NCBI GenBank assembly: GCA_963662265.2
Contig: CAXXHA010000039.1
Location: 24,598 to 88,597 of the forward strand
Direction: 5' to 3'
Length of the DNA stretch: 64,000 nucleotides
From: Spirochaetia bacterium
GTDB lineage: Bacteria; Spirochaetota; Spirochaetia; CADAEX01
This document shows positions 30,718-39,898 of this stretch, piece after piece. Positions within the stretch are counted from its first letter, which is position 1; each line of letters starts with the position of its first letter. Below the pieces are notes generated by a model, which was not told where the DNA came from, ran no database searches, and saw nothing but the letters and a program-made list of their open reading frames with translations. The position numbers and the translations under genes were made by a program.

Positions 30718-32122
30718 CTGAGCTGTTTCTTCCCGCTATTCTTCCGAAGACAATACACTCTGTTATTGCACAGCTGCCCAGCCTGCATGCTCCGTGGATT
30801 CCCCCTGTAATTTCACCGGCAGCATAAAGCCCCGGTATCTTTCTCCCGTCAAGGTCCAGGACATGGGCATCCCTGTCTATCCTTATTCCCCCCATTGTAT
30901 GGTGCACTTTCGGCCACAGCCTGATAGCATAGTAGGGTGGATTTGATAATTCTGATGCATTATCTAATACAGGTTTATTATATTCGCTGTCTCTTCCTGA
31001 TTTTACAGAGCTGTTGAATCTTTTAATTGATTTTTCAAATTCTGATCTTTCAATAGAATATTCCGATGAAAGTTCGTCAAGTGTTGTGAATTCCCTGACA
31101 ACACCTTTATCAAGGCATCTTTTTATATTCCAGCCTGATACAGAAACTGCTCTCGAATCAGCAATCCCTATGCATGGGTGTCCTCTTTCAAGTATTGCAT
31201 CGGATAATGTTTTCCTGTCTGCAAGCTCATTTACAAAACGCTTCCCGGTAAAGGGATCAATTATCAGTCCGTACTGGAAAACTATATATTCTGAAAAGGA
31301 AGGCCCGTCACCGTATCCCTTTTCATCTGGGGATGCCCAGGGGCCTGTCTGAATATGGGAAAGCTGAACCGGGGCAGCCCCCGCTTTTAATGCCTGTTTC
31401 AGAGGCTGGGCAGTTGAGAAAGGCTGGGTTGTTGATGATATTTTTTCATCAAGACGGGGATCCTGGGATGATCGGAAATTCACATCACTTGCAAAACCTC
31501 CGGCGGCAAGAACTACAGCTTTTTCCGCCCTGATATTCCTTATTATCCCTTTTTTTCTTCCCCTGTAATCATATTCTTCTTCAACAGCTATTCCCTCTAT
31601 TCTCCCCGATCCTGATTTTATGAAATTCCTGAAACAGCAGCTGTACTTGATTTCTATTCCAAGCTCTGAGGTTTTTTCTAGCATTTTTTTTATTATTGTG
31701 TGGCCTGTTACCCTGTCTGCAGTGAAGCATCTTGGAACAGAATGCCCGCCGAATATATCAATCCTGTCAAGATATTTAACGCCAAGAAAGTCTCTTGACC
31801 ATTCATATGCTTCTCTCGAATTTTCTGTCAGGATTTTTACGAGATCCGGGTTGTTGATCCCGAGACCTGCTTTCATCATGTCCCTGTAAAAGAGTTCTGT
31901 GCTGTCCTTGATCCCTGATTTTTTCTGTTCATCTGTACAGCAGGCTGCAATTCCCCCGTCGCTTATAACTGAGTTTCCTCCGGCAGCTTTCATTTTTTCA
32001 ATTATAAGAACGTCTGAACCTGATTTATTTGCTTCGATGGCAGCTGAGAGACCTGCAAATCCGGAACCTATCACAATTATATCTGATTTGTAATCCCATG
32101 CAGTTTCCGGTGAAATATCCAT
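30704..32122 (-). CDS. Flavocytochrome c-type flavoprotein (FAD_binding_2), no heme or signal peptide
   Basis: GSGFAGL.AA, GGNS, GGHSVPR, KVHHTMGG, AAGEITGGIHGACRLGSCA. Confidence 0.88.
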   Translation of the reverse strand: MDISPETAWDYKSDIIVIGSGFAGLSAAIEANKSGSDVLIIEKMKAAGGNSVISDGGIAACCTDEQKKSGIKDSTELFYRDMMKAGLGINNPDLVKILTENSREAYEWSRDFLGVKYLDRIDIFGGHSVPRCFTADRVTGHTIIKKMLEKTSELGIEIKYSCCFRNFIKSGSGRIEGIAVEEEYDYRGRKKGIIRNIRAEKAVVLAAGGFASDVNFRSSQDPRLDEKISSTTQPFSTAQPLKQALKAGAAPVQLSHIQTGPWASPDEKGYGDGPSFSEYIVFQYGLIIDPFTGKRFVNELADRKTLSDAILERGHPCIGIADSRAVSVSGWNIKRCLDKGVVREFTTLDELSSEYSIERSEFEKSIKRFNSSVKSGRDSEYNKPVLDNASELSNPPYYAIRLWPKVHHTMGGIRIDRDAHVLDLDGRKIPGLYAAGEITGGIHGACRLGSCAITECIVFGRIAGRNSSDETY

Positions 32123-32270
32123 ATTGTTCCGTTCTCCTGTAATAACAAAGGTAAATTAAAACCTGAAATGATGCTTCTTGAATTGAATAATAATCAGCAG
32201 TTAACTGATTCTAATCTCCGGATTATTGTTTTTTCAGCAAAATCAATAGTCATTATAAAAGCTATCCGGA

Positions 32271-32885
32271 TCAGTCCCTGGCAATTATTTCAATTACATG
32301 TTTATTGTCAGTATATTTTGAAGTTGTTTTCTCTGAAACAGATAGTTCACTCCAGTTTCTGAAGAAATATTTTACCATTCCAGGAGTAAAGAACCTCTTG
32401 TAGTGTCCCCCCTGGTTGTAGAACCCTTTTTCAAGTTCAATCCCTTTCCCTGCGCCGTGGTTAACATCCCTGTCGGAATTTACCCTTGCAAAGAGATATC
32501 CCCTGTCTGTGAGAACCCTTCTGATTTCATTGAGTATCTTTTCAGTATCTTCCGAACTGAAGTAATGGAGGCACAGGTCTGCAATAACAATATCAAAATA
32601 ACTGTCATTGAACGGGAGTTTTTGAATCAGGTCCAGCTGCATTACAGATGCTTCCGGTATTCTTGCCTTGAAAATATCAAGTGCAGACTGCGATATATCT
32701 GTCGAAAGAATATTATATCCTTTATTTATCAATCCTTCACTCAGGTTACCGCTGCCGCATCCCAGTTCAATAATCCTGTCATCAGTTTTAAAAAGATGCA
32801 TGTAGCAGTCAAGCCAGAAATCCTTTTCAGAAACTTCAGTATTGCTTGAGTACATGTTTTCCCAGTAGGCTTCTCTGTTTTCCAT
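32271..32885 (-). CDS. Class I SAM-dependent methyltransferase
   Basis: IIELGCGSG, DIS, LPF..FDIVIADLCLHYF, EIRRVL. Confidence 0.88.
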   Translation of the reverse strand: MENREAYWENMYSSNTEVSEKDFWLDCYMHLFKTDDRIIELGCGSGNLSEGLINKGYNILSTDISQSALDIFKARIPEASVMQLDLIQKLPFNDSYFDIVIADLCLHYFSSEDTEKILNEIRRVLTDRGYLFARVNSDRDVNHGAGKGIELEKGFYNQGGHYKRFFTPGMVKYFFRNWSELSVSEKTTSKYTDNKHVIEIIARD

Positions 32886-33058
32886 CAGTTGATTCTACAT
32901 TCTGTGAAAGCTGAAATCAAGGATAATATTGCCCAAAACAGCTTGTTTCCTGATAACAGTAATTATTCCTGATCGGAAAATGTTTATATGGATGTAACAT
33001 GGCTTTTAATATAATAAAGTGTGTTGTATATGGTATGAAAGGGGAGGGTAGGACTATG

Positions 33059-33736
33059 TTATTTTTTTATCTGCCTGCTCAACGATATTTTATTTCCCAC
33101 TTTCTGGCCAAGGCCGTAGGATTCAGGGTCAACCCTGTTGTTGATCCTCTTTTTTTTAACTGTTCCGTAGGTTTCATCAAGGTAATTCCTGTTTTCATCC
33201 CCTGTTTTACCTGCCATTGAAACAACCAGCTGCCTGTCATTTTTCCCCTGGTTTTCTCCCTCATCCCCTTTTTCATCCAGCGCCTTGAGCCTTTCATTGA
33301 TATTTACAACCATGCCATACCTGAAGCTGTCAGCATGCCTCACAACAGGGTTGTATTTCCGGCTTATTCTTTTGATAGTCTCATGCAGATATGAAAACAG
33401 ATTCTCAGCAGCAGTAACATTTATCTCCCTGCCTATAATGCATACCTTTCCCTCTCCCGGCTTGTGAACAGCTTCGGTATAGGTTGCATTCATGATTGTG
33501 GAAAGAAGGGCTGATTCCCAGTTCCTGAGCCTTTTTTTATTCAGTATGCTCTTCTCAATAACAGTATTTTCAGTATCATCGCAGCTTATGTCTGTCATTG
33601 ACAGCCCGTGTTTCGCAAGAAGCAGATGTACTTTTGAAAGGGCAGAAGCAGCCTCGGATTCATTGGGCGATTCAGAGAGCGCAATCAGTTTTCTGATTTT
33701 ATCCAGTATTATACTGTTGTTGTTTTCATTATTCAT
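33059..33736 (-). CDS. DUF2786 domain protein
   Basis: LDKIRKLIALSESPNESEAASA....LLAKHGL; SFRYG. Confidence 0.8.
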   Translation of the reverse strand: MNNENNNSIILDKIRKLIALSESPNESEAASALSKVHLLLAKHGLSMTDISCDDTENTVIEKSILNKKRLRNWESALLSTIMNATYTEAVHKPGEGKVCIIGREINVTAAENLFSYLHETIKRISRKYNPVVRHADSFRYGMVVNINERLKALDEKGDEGENQGKNDRQLVVSMAGKTGDENRNYLDETYGTVKKKRINNRVDPESYGLGQKVGNKISLSRQIKK

Positions 33737-33950
33737 ACTTTATTCTCCTTGATTATAATTTAAAGGTATATACCTTAAAACACATATTTTTCAGTATTTT
33801 CAATAACAGGCAGTGCCAGTAGTTTCATTATGTTTCCTGACATGTTTTTATTTGATTTTGATAAAGGAAATGTATTTCCATTCGTGGATTGGTAATATTA
33901 TCCGGATTGGTATTTATGTTGGCAGCAATACTTTTTTAAATTTAAAATTT

Positions 33951-34524
33951 AACTACCAGCTATGCTGGTAAGTTTGGAAGGGTTTTACCGCTCATTCGTT
34001 ATAAAATCCCCCTGAACAAATAAATGTTACAGGAGGATAACAATTGAGTAGGTTTAAATTATCGCATGTGGTATGGGATTGTAAATACCATATTGTGCTG
34101 GTGCCGAAGTATCGGTATAAGGTCTTTAATAGGGAAGTTCAGATATTCGTAAAAGAAGAACTGAAAAAACTCTGTTTATAGATGAAGATTGAAATAATTG
34201 AAGGCCATGTCTGTACAGACCATGTACATATGTGCGTAGCCATACCACCAAAGATAGCAATATCGGATGCTATAGGAACTTTGAAGGGAAAAACAGCAAT
34301 AAGGTTGTTCAATAAGTTCCCTGAGCTGAAAAGAAGATATTGGGGGAGTCATTTCTGGTGTAGAGGCTATTATGTCAATACAGTAGGCAGGAATGAAGAA
34401 ATGATAAAAGAGTACATAAAGAATCAAGACAAACTTGATAGAATGGAAAATCAAGGAAGATTGTTTAAGTAAAAAAAGCCCTTATAGGGCGAACTCAAAC
34501 CACCACCTCTGGTGGTGGTAGTTG
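33951..34524 (+). mobile_element. IS200-type element (tnpA only)
   Basis: Subterminal hairpins ACTACCAGC-TAT-GCTGGTAAGT (33951-33974) and ACCACCACC-TCT-GGTGGTGGT (34499-34519) flank a Y1 transposase; no tnpB. Confidence 0.88.
34044..34472 (+). pseudogene. tnpA: IS200/IS605 Y1 transposase with in-frame TAG
   Basis: TTG start after GGAGG; LSHVVWDCKYHIVLVPKYR; TAG at 34179-34181; DHVHM (HUH), LKGK, FWCRGYYV.TVG, YIKNQ. Confidence 0.9.
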
Positions 34525-34549
34525 ATTGTTTTTTTAAAACGCCTGTCTG

Positions 34550-34747
34550 TCAGTAGTTTTTTATTTCTTTTACACGTCCGACATCGCCCGACTCAAGCCT
34601 TACTTTTATTCCATGCGGATGAAAAGATGAATTTGTAAGAATATCCTTCACTGTTCCTTCAGTCAGTTTTCCGCTTCTCTGGTCCTTCTTGAGTACTATG
34701 GCAACTTCAGCACCCGGTTTTATATCGCTTCTGTTTCTTCCGTCCAT
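34550..34747 (-). CDS. YwbE family protein
   Basis: MDGRNRSDIKPG..V.IVLKKDQRSGKLTEG.VKDILT.S.FHPHGIKVRL..G.VGRV. Confidence 0.9.
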   Translation of the reverse strand: MDGRNRSDIKPGAEVAIVLKKDQRSGKLTEGTVKDILTNSSFHPHGIKVRLESGDVGRVKEIKNY

Positions 34748-34749
34748 TA

Positions 34750-35964
34750 TTATTCGCTCCTCTCCGGATAGTATAAATTTTCCTCTGTCATGTTTTCCAG
34801 AGTATCCTGCACATATTTTCGTGCTTCTTTTTTCGCTCCTTCAAGGTCCTGGTCTGAGTAGTTTCCGCAGTCTTTCTCAGTTGCACCCGGAATTTCACCG
34901 TTATAGTCTGCAATAAAATAATACATATCCCTGATGACATATAGTATATCTTCAGACTTCAGATCTCCGTGAAATATCACGTAAAATCCAGTCCTGCATC
35001 CCATAGGTCCGAAATATATTGTCCTGTCTTTCCATTCAGTGCTGTTTCTCAGAAATGTTGCTCCAAGATGTTCTATTGTATGAAGAGCCGGAATTTCCAG
35101 AACTTTTTCCCTGTTGGGAAGCTTCATTCTCAGGTCGAAAGTTGTTACAGTTTCCTGCCCGAGCCTGTCCTTTCTCGATACAAAAATACCTCTTTTCATT
35201 TTCGTGTGATCAACTGTAAAGCTGTCAATTTTCTTCATTTCTGATTTTTCTCCTCTTTTTGAATTTTTCTCAAGTTTCCCTATAAGTCCTTTCAGCAGGT
35301 TTATTGAATTTGCAGCAGCGACAGGAAGATATTTGTCAAACGATACTTCATTTTCCTCTGCGAAAATCAGGTCTGATATGGATCTGATAATAAGGAAAGG
35401 GGTATTGAACCTGTAGCAGACCTGTGCGACTGCTCCCCCCTCCATTTCTCCGGCAATTACATCCGGGAAGTTTTCATTGACACTGTCAATATGTTCTTTT
35501 TCTTTGAGAAAAAGATCTCCGGATACAATGAGTCCCTTATGTATTCTGTAGCTGCAGTCGAAGAGTTTGCAGTCATTGGCAAGGTCAAGAAGCATTTTGT
35601 CACTTTCAAAATACAGGGGACACCCCGGCACCTGTCCCACTTCATATCCGAATGCTGTAACATCGACATCATGCTGTGAAACTCTTGTTGAAAGGACAAT
35701 ATCCCCTATGGAAAGGTCTCTTGAAAACCCTCCCGCAGATCCTGTGTTTACAAGGTAATCAGGTTTGAACCTGTCAAGAAGAATTGCTGCCGCAATTGCA
35801 ACATTTACTTTTCCTATTCCGGACTGGAGCAGGATTATATCGATGCTGCCGATCTCCCCTTTAAAGAAAGTGAACCCTCCCGTTTTTACTGTTTTTATAT
35901 TTTCAAGCTCATTGTTGAGGCCACTTAATTCCTCTTCCATTGCTACGATAATTCCAACTTTCAT
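34750..35964 (-). CDS. mtnN-luxS: MTA/SAH nucleosidase (Pfs) in frame with S-ribosylhomocysteine lyase (LuxS); LuxS ATG at 35238
   Basis: Pfs: GIIVAMEEE, SGIGKVN, NTGSAGG, EMEGGAVAQ, IRSISD. LuxS: SFTVDH, HTIEH, GPMGCRTGFY, CGNY. Confidence 0.9.
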   Translation of the reverse strand: MKVGIIVAMEEELSGLNNELENIKTVKTGGFTFFKGEIGSIDIILLQSGIGKVNVAIAAAILLDRFKPDYLVNTGSAGGFSRDLSIGDIVLSTRVSQHDVDVTAFGYEVGQVPGCPLYFESDKMLLDLANDCKLFDCSYRIHKGLIVSGDLFLKEKEHIDSVNENFPDVIAGEMEGGAVAQVCYRFNTPFLIIRSISDLIFAEENEVSFDKYLPVAAANSINLLKGLIGKLEKNSKRGEKSEMKKIDSFTVDHTKMKRGIFVSRKDRLGQETVTTFDLRMKLPNREKVLEIPALHTIEHLGATFLRNSTEWKDRTIYFGPMGCRTGFYVIFHGDLKSEDILYVIRDMYYFIADYNGEIPGATEKDCGNYSDQDLEGAKKEARKYVQDTLENMTEENLYYPERSE

Positions 35965-36300
35965 AATATATTCCTTCGATCTTTATAATATACAAAGAAA
36001 TGTTTATTCATGGTAATAATTTTGTCTTTATTTGCAGAATAAATAATAAAAAAAGCTGCCAGGTATAAGTTTATCTCAGTTTTTACAGGTTTTTAATAAC
36101 ACAGGGTAATTAGTGTAAATTGTTGCTATATAAAGGTTTACAGATAATTGATTAAATAATGTTTATATAATAGTATCACATTTCCTGCCTTAAGGAAAAT
36201 CCCAAAAACAGGATAATATCTTTTACCTGAGATACAGTCTCTCTTCCGGGATGAATTCCCCTGCAGGGAAAAATCAACAACTGATGAGGAAACTACTTTA

Positions 36301-36918
36301 ATGAATGAAACACTGGTAGCAGTCAAGGACAACACTGCAAATCCTGCTCCCCTGGGGCTTATCGGATTCGGACTCACAACAATTCTTCTTAATATTCACA
36401 ACGCGGGATTCTATCCTCTGAACTCAATGATTATGGGTATGGGGATCTTTGTCGGAGGGTTTGCACAGATCATTGCAGGTATTCTAGAGGCAAAGAAAAA
36501 CAACACTTTCGGTACAACTGCGTTTACAGCGTACGGCTTCTTCTGGCTGAGCCTGGTTGCTGTCTGGGTAATGCCTTCTCTTGGTGTTGCAGAAAAAGCA
36601 TCTGCATTTTCCATGGGATTCTATCTCCTTCTGTGGGGGCTTTTTACACTTGGAATGTTTTTCGGAACACTCAGGATGACAAGGGTACATCAGATAATTT
36701 TCGGATCTCTTGCTCTTCTTTTCTTTCTTCTCGCTACAGGCGATTTTACAGGTATTCACCTTATTAAAACAATTGCAGGTTTTGAAGGGATCTTATGCGG
36801 GTTATCCGCTTTTTACGGATGTATTGCGCAGGTGCTGAACGAAGTATATGGAAAAACAGTGCTTCCTATGGACAGCTTTCCCTCTCTGAAAGTGCTGATG
36901 GCAGCTATTTCAGAATAA
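36301..36918 (+). CDS. satP: Acetate/succinate uptake transporter (GPR1/FUN34/YaaH)
   Basis: ANPAPLGLIGFGLTTILLNIHNAG, NTFGTTAFTAYGFFW. Confidence 0.93.
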   Translation: MNETLVAVKDNTANPAPLGLIGFGLTTILLNIHNAGFYPLNSMIMGMGIFVGGFAQIIAGILEAKKNNTFGTTAFTAYGFFWLSLVAVWVMPSLGVAEKASAFSMGFYLLLWGLFTLGMFFGTLRMTRVHQIIFGSLALLFFLLATGDFTGIHLIKTIAGFEGILCGLSAFYGCIAQVLNEVYGKTVLPMDSFPSLKVLMAAISE

Positions 36919-37205
36919 AAAAACACACATCATCTGAGAAGCGGAAATAACAATTAACCAGTTTTGTAAAATGATGATGCGGGTAAATTGTTATTTACGG
37001 CATTGGCCGGGGAGGTGCAGCATCTGTTTTCCATACTGGCTGCAGTTTCAATATCTGTTTTCAATGGCTTCATAAGTCATGGAAAGCAGATGTATTCTCC
37101 CTTTTTCATGATTCTGCTGTATACCAATCAGTTTTATATAATTTTCAATTTATAACAGGAATTAAATATAATTGTTTATTATAATTATTAATAATTGGAG
37201 ATTAA

Positions 37206-38009
37206 ATGCTGAGAAATAAAATTGTATTTGCAGTAATTCTTTTTTCCCTTATAAACCTTTTTCATTTATTTTCAGAACCGCTGAACAGAAAACTCAGGAT
37301 TGTTGAGGAAGGGGGATGGCCCCCGTTTACCTTTGAAAAAGAGGGGTCCCCGACAAGGGGGATTGCGGTGGAGCTTGCGGAAGCTGTTTTTTCCAGGCTT
37401 GATGCTGAGTATGATATGAAACTTCTGCCTCAGAAAAGAATGCTGAAATACCTGGAAGAGGGTAGTGCTGATGTAATAACTGTAATAAGCAGGAATCATG
37501 AGCGGGACCTTGTATATGATTATACAGATCCGGTTTTCAGTCTCAAAGGACTTATTCTTTACTCCTCAGAACGGCCTGAACCAGTTGTCTGGGATAGTTA
37601 TGAGGATTTGAAAAAGTACAGAATCGGCATTGTAATCGGATATAATTACGGGGAAAAAATCAATCAGGCAATCAAAGATCCCTCTTTCACATTTGACACT
37701 GCTCTCTCTCAGAAACATAATCTTGATAAGCTGAAAGCAGGCAGGATTGATATCATGCTGATAACAGACTTTTCCTTATCTGAATACAAACATATTTATC
37801 CTGAATATGTTGATACTTTCAGGATAGCGGAAAAGCCCTATATTACATATAATTTTCACCTTGCATTTTCAAAAAAAACTGAAGCCCGCAAACTGATTCC
37901 TGAGGTTGACAGAATTATCAGGGATATCAGGGGGGATGGTACACTTAAGGGAATTTTCAGGAAATATAATTTCATATATAATGAACCTGATTACAATTCA
38001 GCGGAATGA
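37206..38009 (+). CDS. Family 3 solute-binding protein (orphan)
   Basis: Signal peptide; WPPF, ER...Y.YTDP, IG...GYNYG, AGRID, AFSKK. Confidence 0.85.
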   Translation: MLRNKIVFAVILFSLINLFHLFSEPLNRKLRIVEEGGWPPFTFEKEGSPTRGIAVELAEAVFSRLDAEYDMKLLPQKRMLKYLEEGSADVITVISRNHERDLVYDYTDPVFSLKGLILYSSERPEPVVWDSYEDLKKYRIGIVIGYNYGEKINQAIKDPSFTFDTALSQKHNLDKLKAGRIDIMLITDFSLSEYKHIYPEYVDTFRIAEKPYITYNFHLAFSKKTEARKLIPEVDRIIRDIRGDGTLKGIFRKYNFIYNEPDYNSAE

Positions 38010-38077
38010 ACTGATTAAAAACCCCTCTGTTATTATTCTGATATAAATATCAGGTATGACAATATTGCTGTGATTTT

Positions 38078-38563
38078 TCATCTGCCTGAATTTGCTGCTT
38101 CAAAATCCAGAAGTTTTTTCTTTATTTCAAGGCCATGGGCAAAACCTGTCAGTTTTCCGTCTGATCCTACAACTCTGTGGCACGGGACAATGAGAGGCAG
38201 GGGATTTTTTGAGTTTGCCATCCCGACAGCTCTGCAGCTGTTTCTGTTGCCTGTCTTCTCTGCGATTTCGGAGTAACTTGAAGTCTCCCCGAACCTTATT
38301 TCAGATACAGCGTTCCAGATTTTTTTCTGATAATCAGTACCGTCAGGATTCAGCTTTATTTCAAAAACCGTTCTTTTTCCTCTGAAGAATTCTTTTATCT
38401 GCTTAACTGTATCTTCAAAAAAGTCATCATTTCTTATCCAGCTGCTCCCGATTTCAAATATTCGTTTGCCTTTTCCTGTATTGAGATGAAGGTGCTTAAG
38501 CCCTTTTTCATTACCTGCAAGTATTATTTCGCAGAATTCCGTATCAAATCTTGTAAAATACAT
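38078..38563 (-). CDS. ogt: Methylated-DNA--protein-cysteine methyltransferase
   Basis: RAVG.AN..NP...IVPCHRVVG.DG.LTGFA.GL. Confidence 0.95.
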   Translation of the reverse strand: MYFTRFDTEFCEIILAGNEKGLKHLHLNTGKGKRIFEIGSSWIRNDDFFEDTVKQIKEFFRGKRTVFEIKLNPDGTDYQKKIWNAVSEIRFGETSSYSEIAEKTGNRNSCRAVGMANSKNPLPLIVPCHRVVGSDGKLTGFAHGLEIKKKLLDFEAANSGR

Positions 38564-38619
38564 TTTTATGTTCCCTTATGAATCATGGTTCTTGAAAAAA
38601 AAGAAAATGCATATTTCTT

Positions 38620-39048
38620 TTATGACTGCATTTTCGGTGCATTGTATTTTATTTTTCTTCCGTCTGCTATGATGACAAATTCATTGTTTTGCTGGGAGTC
38701 AAAAGAATCTATTTTCCATTCAAGATTTTTTACAGCTCCCCCTGACAGCTTTAATTCTGCTTTGATATTGTTGCTGTCTTTCAGGTGAATTTTTCCGGAG
38801 ATTTTCTTGTAATCACCGGCATCCACCTGCAGGTTTGTGATATCCACATTGCTGAATGTCATTACTTCTTCTGTCACTGTTATGCCGGGAGGAAGCTGTC
38901 CGAAAGCCTGCATCATTGCAGATACAAAATAGATCTGAAATGAGACACTGAATGCCTGTATTGCTTCTTCCTCTGTCGGCTTTGCATAAACTGAGCACGG
39001 GATCAGAAACAGGAGAATCAGTATGATATGGATAGCATACTTTTTCAT
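38620..39048 (-). CDS. Hypothetical secreted protein
   Basis: Signal peptide ending VYA; GAGG RBS. Confidence 0.65.
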   Translation of the reverse strand: MKKYAIHIILILLFLIPCSVYAKPTEEEAIQAFSVSFQIYFVSAMMQAFGQLPPGITVTEEVMTFSNVDITNLQVDAGDYKKISGKIHLKDSNNIKAELKLSGGAVKNLEWKIDSFDSQQNNEFVIIADGRKIKYNAPKMQS

Positions 39049-39108
39049 TTTATACCTCGGATATTGATTTTGATAATAATTATAGCTGTAATGGGAGCAA
39101 AGTCAAAA

Positions 39109-39807
39109 TTATTTTATAAATTTGTACCCTGTTCCGTGTACAGTAAGAATATGATCAGGTTCTGCAGGGTTTTTTTCAACTTTCTGTCTGAGTTTTGCAA
39201 TATGCTGATCAAGTGTTCTGGTTGTTCCCGAGTATTCTATTCCCCAGAATTTATCAAGAAGATGATCACGTGACAGTACTTCATTTTCATGATCATGGAA
39301 ATAAACAAGAAGGTTTACCTCTTTTTCAGAAAGATCATATTTTTCTCCATCCCTTTCAAGACTGTATTTAACAGTATCGAACCTGCAGTTCCCGAACAGA
39401 ATAATTCCCCTCCTTGCCTGCGGGGAAGTATGCGGTTGGCTGTTCATGCTGCGCCTGAGTACTGTTTTTATCCTTGCAAGAAGCTCCCTGACTCCGAACG
39501 GCTTCACAATATAGTCATCAGCACCCAGTTCGAGACCCACAACCTTGTCTATCTCTTCCTCCTTTGCTGTCAGAAAAATTACAGGTATATATTCATTTTC
39601 TTTCCTTATTTCCCTGCATACATCATATCCGCTCATTTCAGGCATCATAATATCCAAAAGTGCAAGGTCGATGTCTCCTTCCCTGTATATTTCAAGGGCC
39701 CTGCTTCCGTTTTCAGCCGGAACTGCCTTATATCCCTCAGTTTCCAAAAGATCAACAAGTCCCTCCCTGATCGGAAGTTCATCCTCTGCAACCAGTATTT
39801 TTATCAT
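39109..39807 (-). CDS. OmpR/PhoB family response regulator
   Basis: ILVAEDE, LDIMMP, GADDYIVKPF, TRTLDQHIAKLR, TVHGTGY. Confidence 0.95.
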   Translation of the reverse strand: MIKILVAEDELPIREGLVDLLETEGYKAVPAENGSRALEIYREGDIDLALLDIMMPEMSGYDVCREIRKENEYIPVIFLTAKEEEIDKVVGLELGADDYIVKPFGVRELLARIKTVLRRSMNSQPHTSPQARRGIILFGNCRFDTVKYSLERDGEKYDLSEKEVNLLVYFHDHENEVLSRDHLLDKFWGIEYSGTTRTLDQHIAKLRQKVEKNPAEPDHILTVHGTGYKFIK

Positions 39808-39898
39808 AGCTTCATCCTCTGAATATTCTTTCCTCAACCTTCTTCTTCAGCACAGAAAAATATCCTCGGCAGATTACCGGGAAGTAATTTTAAATATC

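Noticed and set aside
34176-34454. Minus-strand 92-aa ORF in the IS
   Set aside because: Antisense shadow of tnpA
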